Shown here in pieces: positions 59,904 through 64,000 of a stretch of 64,000 bases of DNA. The notes below the pieces were generated by a model that ran no database searches, was not told where the DNA came from, and saw nothing but the letters and a program-made list of their open reading frames with translations. A program made the position numbers and the translations under genes. Origin of the DNA: Bacteroidota bacterium (GTDB taxonomy: Bacteria; Bacteroidota; Bacteroidia; Chitinophagales; Chitinophagaceae); assembly GCA_030706605.1 (NCBI GenBank), contig JAUZOE010000007.1:8729-72728 (forward strand), in the 5' to 3' direction. Numbering within the stretch: position 1 is the stretch's first letter; every line of letters starts with the position of its first letter.

Positions 59904-62009
59904 ATGAAACTTTTTCCACCATCAGCGCCTCATCAGCTTGAACTTGATAAAATTAAAATATTACTCGCAGGACACTGCCGTTCAGAATATGCACGTAAAA
60001 AAGCAGAAGACTTAAGAATACATACCCGCAAAGAATTTATAGAACCGCAATTACTTCAAACGCATGAATACAAATTATTGTTTCAAAATTATTTGTATTT
60101 CCCCGATGATGCCGTTTTAAATCTTTCACGCGAACTGAAACTTTTAAGTATTGATTCTTCCATTCTCACCGGCGAACAGTTTTTACAAATAAAAAAACTC
60201 GCCCTCGCCATACAACAAATTTTCCGCTGGTTTTCTCCCGACCGCAAAGTGGCTTACCCTACCCTGTCATTGATTATTGAAGACACTTATTTTGAAAAAA
60301 ATATCGGGCAGATGGTAGATGAGATATTAGATGAATACGGTATTGTGAAAGACAGCGCATCAGAAAAGCTGGCAACGATAAGAATGTCTTTATATAAAAA
60401 AAGGACAGAACTTAAAAGGCTCTTCGACCGCATTGTAAGCAAATTAAAAAAGCAGGGATACCTGGCAGATATTGAAGAAAGCTTTATCAATGGCAGGCGT
60501 GTGCTGGCTGTATTGGCGGAGCAGAAAAGAATGATAAAAGGAATATTGCATGGAGAAAGCGACAGCCGCCGCACTTCATTTATTGAGCCTGCAGAAACGG
60601 CTCACCTCAATAATGATATTTTTTCTTTGGAAAATGAGGAACGCAGAGAAGTGAATATCATCCTGCAAAAACTTACTACAAAAATGCGGGCTTACCATTC
60701 GCTTCTGAGCATTTATCACCAGGTGATCGGGGAATATGATTTTATAAGAGCCAAAGCAAAACTGGCGCTGGAATACAATGGCAACCTGCCGGCACTGCAT
60801 GACAAAGCATTACTTAAATTATCAAATGCGGTGCATCCACTGCTTTTTATTTATAATGAAAAACTGCAAAAGCCTACCATACCGGTCAATCTTTCGCTGG
60901 ACGACAAGAACCGGATATTGGTAATCAGCGGCCCCAATGCAGGGGGCAAAACGGTTACGTTAAAAACTGCAGGTCTTTTGCAAATGATGTTGCAAAGCGG
61001 GCTATTGGTTTCATGTAGCCCTGACAGTGAGTTTGGCATTTTCAAACAACTGATGATCCATATTGGCGACACACAAAGCCTCGAATTTGAATTGAGTACT
61101 TATTCGTCGCACCTGATCAACATGAAATATTTTATGGAAAATGCCAATGGAAAAACATTATTTTTCATTGATGAACTGGGCAGTGGCAGCGATCCAAACC
61201 TCGGAGGCGCCTTTGCAGAAGTGATTATGGAAGAACTTGCCAAGAAACATTCACTCGGCCTGGTAACTACTCATTACCTCAACCTGAAAGTAATGGCCAA
61301 TAAAGTGAATGGCATCATCAACGGAGCTATGGCTTTTGATGAAAAGAATTTAAAGCCATTGTATAAACTGATTACCGGGAAACCCGGAAGCTCCTATACC
61401 TTTTCCATTGCAGAACGGATAGGCCTGCCGCAACATTTAATCAATAAAGCGAGAAAGCTGGTAGATGAAAATCATTTCAGTCTTGATAAATTATTAAACA
61501 GCACCGAGCAGGACCAACAATTAATACAAGCAGAAAAAAAGAACCTGGCTAAGTTGGTAAACGAAAATGAAAAGTTGCAGAAGGAAATGCAACAGGTGAT
61601 TCATAAAGAAAAGCATCAACAGCAAATAGAATTACTAAAAGAACAAAACCAGGTAAGCGAGGCAAAGATTACTTACCTCAAAGAAATGGACCGAAAACTG
61701 AAGACCATTTTAGCGGAATGGAAAAAAACAGATGATAAAAATAAAGTAATCAAAACGATGCAGGCATTACTTTTTAAACAACCCGAAAAACAAATACTGA
61801 AGAAAAAACAAAAGAAAATCGATAGTAAATATATTGAAATCAATGAGCCGGTAAAGCAGGGAGACAAAGTGATGATGAAAGCCAGCCGGCAGGTAGGTGT
61901 GGTGATTAATATCGTTAGAAAGAAAGCCATAGTGCAGGTGGGTGCTGTACCCATAACAGTGAGTATTGAAGACCTGGTGGTAGTGAAGGAAAAACTTCTG
62001 CCGACATAA
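59904..62009 (+). CDS. mutS2: MutS2 family ATPase lacking the C-terminal Smr domain
   Basis: VISGPNAGGKT Walker A, IGDTQS....LSTYSSHL, FIDELGSGSDP, TTHY, GKPGSSY; coiled coil, then a KOW-like end (GDKV...VGVV...AIVQVG). Confidence 0.9.
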   Translation: MKLFPPSAPHQLELDKIKILLAGHCRSEYARKKAEDLRIHTRKEFIEPQLLQTHEYKLLFQNYLYFPDDAVLNLSRELKLLSIDSSILTGEQFLQIKKLALAIQQIFRWFSPDRKVAYPTLSLIIEDTYFEKNIGQMVDEILDEYGIVKDSASEKLATIRMSLYKKRTELKRLFDRIVSKLKKQGYLADIEESFINGRRVLAVLAEQKRMIKGILHGESDSRRTSFIEPAETAHLNNDIFSLENEERREVNIILQKLTTKMRAYHSLLSIYHQVIGEYDFIRAKAKLALEYNGNLPALHDKALLKLSNAVHPLLFIYNEKLQKPTIPVNLSLDDKNRILVISGPNAGGKTVTLKTAGLLQMMLQSGLLVSCSPDSEFGIFKQLMIHIGDTQSLEFELSTYSSHLINMKYFMENANGKTLFFIDELGSGSDPNLGGAFAEVIMEELAKKHSLGLVTTHYLNLKVMANKVNGIINGAMAFDEKNLKPLYKLITGKPGSSYTFSIAERIGLPQHLINKARKLVDENHFSLDKLLNSTEQDQQLIQAEKKNLAKLVNENEKLQKEMQQVIHKEKHQQQIELLKEQNQVSEAKITYLKEMDRKLKTILAEWKKTDDKNKVIKTMQALLFKQPEKQILKKKQKKIDSKYIEINEPVKQGDKVMMKASRQVGVVINIVRKKAIVQVGAVPITVSIEDLVVVKEKLLPT

Positions 62010-62043
62010 AAGATAGCTATCTGTATACATGAATGGATTGCTT

Positions 62044-62200
62044 GTCACTTTTTCTCTTGAAAGAAAAAGTAACCAAAAAGTTCAAGAACAACCCAATCGC
62101 TCTGCGTGTTTGTTCGGCCTACGCCACCGTACCTCTTCAATGAATAGCAGCCGCGTCCTGCAACCCCACAAAGCCAGGAGAAGACTCGGCCGGGGTGAGA
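62044..62200. ncRNA. structured intergenic element with an H-type pseudoknot (probable dispersed repeat or ncRNA)
   Basis: Stem GTCACTTTTTCT (62044-55) / AGAAAAAGTAAC (62062-73); its loop CTTGAA is complementary to TTCAAG (62081-86); further stem GAACAA (62086-91) / TTGTTC (62110-15); GC-richer than the flanks. Confidence 0.5.
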
Positions 62201-62234
62201 TTTATTTTCAATAATTAAATATTTAGTTTTCTTC

Positions 62235-64000
62235 TTAGAACGGAATCCCAAAATTTACATAGCTCAATACTTTTTTCGAATTACCACTATACATTAAACT
62301 AAATTCCAATGGGCCGATTGGGGTATTATATGCAAAGGTAGCTGCATAGCCAGTGAGCCAATTATCAAATTTTAATTGACGATCTTCACTTATAAAATTA
62401 TTGACCAGCGCATTTGCTTTCGCCATTAAGTACAGGTTTTTCGTTAGCTGGTAGTTGAAGCCAATTAACAGCGAAGCAACGCTCGGCGTACTTACAGTAG
62501 TTTCATTAAGTCCTGCAAATAAAACCTGGTTTCTTATAGTTTTGGTCAAACCTCCGATCTGGAAATTATTTACCAGGTTTTGTTTGTAATTAAAATTGAT
62601 GCCTGATTGAAATAAAGTGAGAAAAGTAAGATTTTTTAGTATTGGAGTATACGCTTCTGCATCCAAAACCATTCGTTGATAATTATCATAATTGATTCCT
62701 ACGGAATCCACATTTGATAAGAGGTTCCCGTTTAAATAAAAATTTACATTAGGATTTTGGTTATATACCATGCCAAATTCTGCATTGATTTTAATTCCTT
62801 TTTTGGGGTATACACTTTTATCTAATGTATTGGCGTTAAAATATACAAATGAAGTTAAAAAATCGTTTCTTCCCTTTGCCTCCAATTGTGATTGAATCAG
62901 GGGGTTGAATCTTATTGATTCATAACGGCTCCCAATACCCGCAGTAAAGCTGCGGCTTCCTGAGTATTCAGATTTTACTTCACCTTCAAAATAATATTGC
63001 CTATATTGACCACTTTTATTAAAATTATCATAGCTGTCTGTCTTATAGCTTTCAAATTGCAATTTAGGTATAAGCGCTATGTTTTTATTATTGCCGAAAT
63101 ATTGCAAATGCTCACCCCTTAATCGAAAATTTTCCCCAATATTTAAAGTGAGCAGGCTTCTTGAATAAGGTGTAAAGAAATCGCGGGTAGTTAAGTTGGT
63201 GATCACACTTATGCCGCCAAATTCATTGTAATGTAGTCCTAACTTGGCGTAGGTAGAGGGATTCTCTTTTACATTGAAAATAATTTTTGAAGAACCATCG
63301 GGTTCTGGTTCTAAAAAGTAATTGATACTACGGTAATAACGGGTACCGAAAACCTTTCGGATGGCTTTTGAAATCTCCGCTTCAGAATAAAATTTGTTGG
63401 TATGAAAGCCCATGGCATGAATAAAATAAGTTTCAGTTGTTTTAACAAGACCTTCAATTTTATAACTACTGATAAAAACAGAATCTCGTTTTGGAAGCCG
63501 GTTTGTATCCGGAATTAACGTTCCATAAATGCTGTTTAAAGAATCGGCAAGATGCTTTAAAGCGGGATATAATTTTCTTCCTTCGTTGTTGCCAATTTCT
63601 ATTATTTTGTCTGCCTTATTAAAACTTCCCATAGAGTAATCTTCTAATGGCTGCGAAACAAATAAATTGCAAAGAGGCACTTCCTTTTTATAATCTTCCG
63701 CTTCTTTTAAAAAAACAAGTTGTAATAAAATATCTACAGGGGTTTTTAATTTTTCTTGTGGGTACAAACCTGCCGTAACACTGCTTCCTATAACAAAATC
63801 AGCGCCCATTTTTTTTGTATCTATTACCGGGAAATTTCGTGTTACACCTCCGTCCACTAATGCATGTCCTTCGTAATCAACTGCAGAGAAAACGGAAGGT
63901 ATTGCCATGCTTGCCCGTACTGCCGTGGTGATTTCTCCCGAATCTAATACAACAGCTTCGCCGTTAGAAATGTCGGAGGCGACACATTTAAAAGGAATGG
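62235..64000 (-). CDS. patatin-like phospholipase with POTRA and beta-barrel C-terminus (PlpD-like); 5' end lies beyond the window
   Basis: IPFKCVASDISNGE.VVL.SG..TTAVRASMAIPSVF, LVDGGVTRNFP (DGG motif), POTRA-like region, barrel ending YVNFGIPF. Confidence 0.88.
   Translation of the reverse strand, partial: IPFKCVASDISNGEAVVLDSGEITTAVRASMAIPSVFSAVDYEGHALVDGGVTRNFPVIDTKKMGADFVIGSSVTAGLYPQEKLKTPVDILLQLVFLKEAEDYKKEVPLCNLFVSQPLEDYSMGSFNKADKIIEIGNNEGRKLYPALKHLADSLNSIYGTLIPDTNRLPKRDSVFISSYKIEGLVKTTETYFIHAMGFHTNKFYSEAEISKAIRKVFGTRYYRSINYFLEPEPDGSSKIIFNVKENPSTYAKLGLHYNEFGGISVITNLTTRDFFTPYSRSLLTLNIGENFRLRGEHLQYFGNNKNIALIPKLQFESYKTDSYDNFNKSGQYRQYYFEGEVKSEYSGSRSFTAGIGSRYESIRFNPLIQSQLEAKGRNDFLTSFVYFNANTLDKSVYPKKGIKINAEFGMVYNQNPNVNFYLNGNLLSNVDSVGINYDNYQRMVLDAEAYTPILKNLTFLTLFQSGINFNYKQNLVNNFQIGGLTKTIRNQVLFAGLNETTVSTPSVASLLIGFNYQLTKNLYLMAKANALVNNFISEDRQLKFDNWLTGYAATFAYNTPIGPLEFSLMYSGNSKKVLSYVNFGIPF

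Noticed and set aside
62029-62251. Two short ORFs (61 aa and 68 aa) over the mutS2-patatin gap
   Set aside because: They are translations of the structured element; the base-pairing explains the sequence better than coding does

Overview
AT-rich Bacteroidota chromosomal window, probably Chitinophagaceae (inferred from SusC/SusD, TAnnTTTG promoters and gene style). From left to right it holds: (i) rpiA, an oxidoreductase and a GlcG-type gene, then a decayed REP-associated (RAYT-type) Y1 transposase; (ii) a TlpA thioredoxin, an epimerase, a beta-propeller lipoprotein and a ChbG-type deacetylase; (iii) a minus-strand polysaccharide utilisation locus (ROK regulator, SusC, SusD, GH31, GH29, GH95-like) interleaved with at least five gene remnants that the ORF track misses or splits (GH110, GH3, an OMP, a secreted-protein remnant, a second GH29), bounded by tRNA-Val(TAC) and a sulfatase; (iv) a complete his operon with a His-rich leader-peptide attenuator; (v) housekeeping genes (dipeptide epimerase, GH77, dnaK, GtrA, MscS, ABC-F, argS, flippase, M1 peptidase, ABC substrate-binding protein); (vi) two fatty-acid desaturases converging on an msrA-OMP-CFA-type methyltransferase run; (vii) an ECF sigma / zinc anti-sigma / DUF302 / His-containing membrane protein cassette carrying two copies of the same putative ECF promoter (GTCAGGTT-N13-CGACT); (viii) an Smr-less MutS2, a structured intergenic element that folds as an H-type pseudoknot, and a partial patatin. 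The best candidates for something undescribed are the ECF cassette with its self-evident promoter motif, the pseudoknot element and the desaturase/methyltransferase lipid cluster. All family assignments come from motif recognition by eye; no searches were run.
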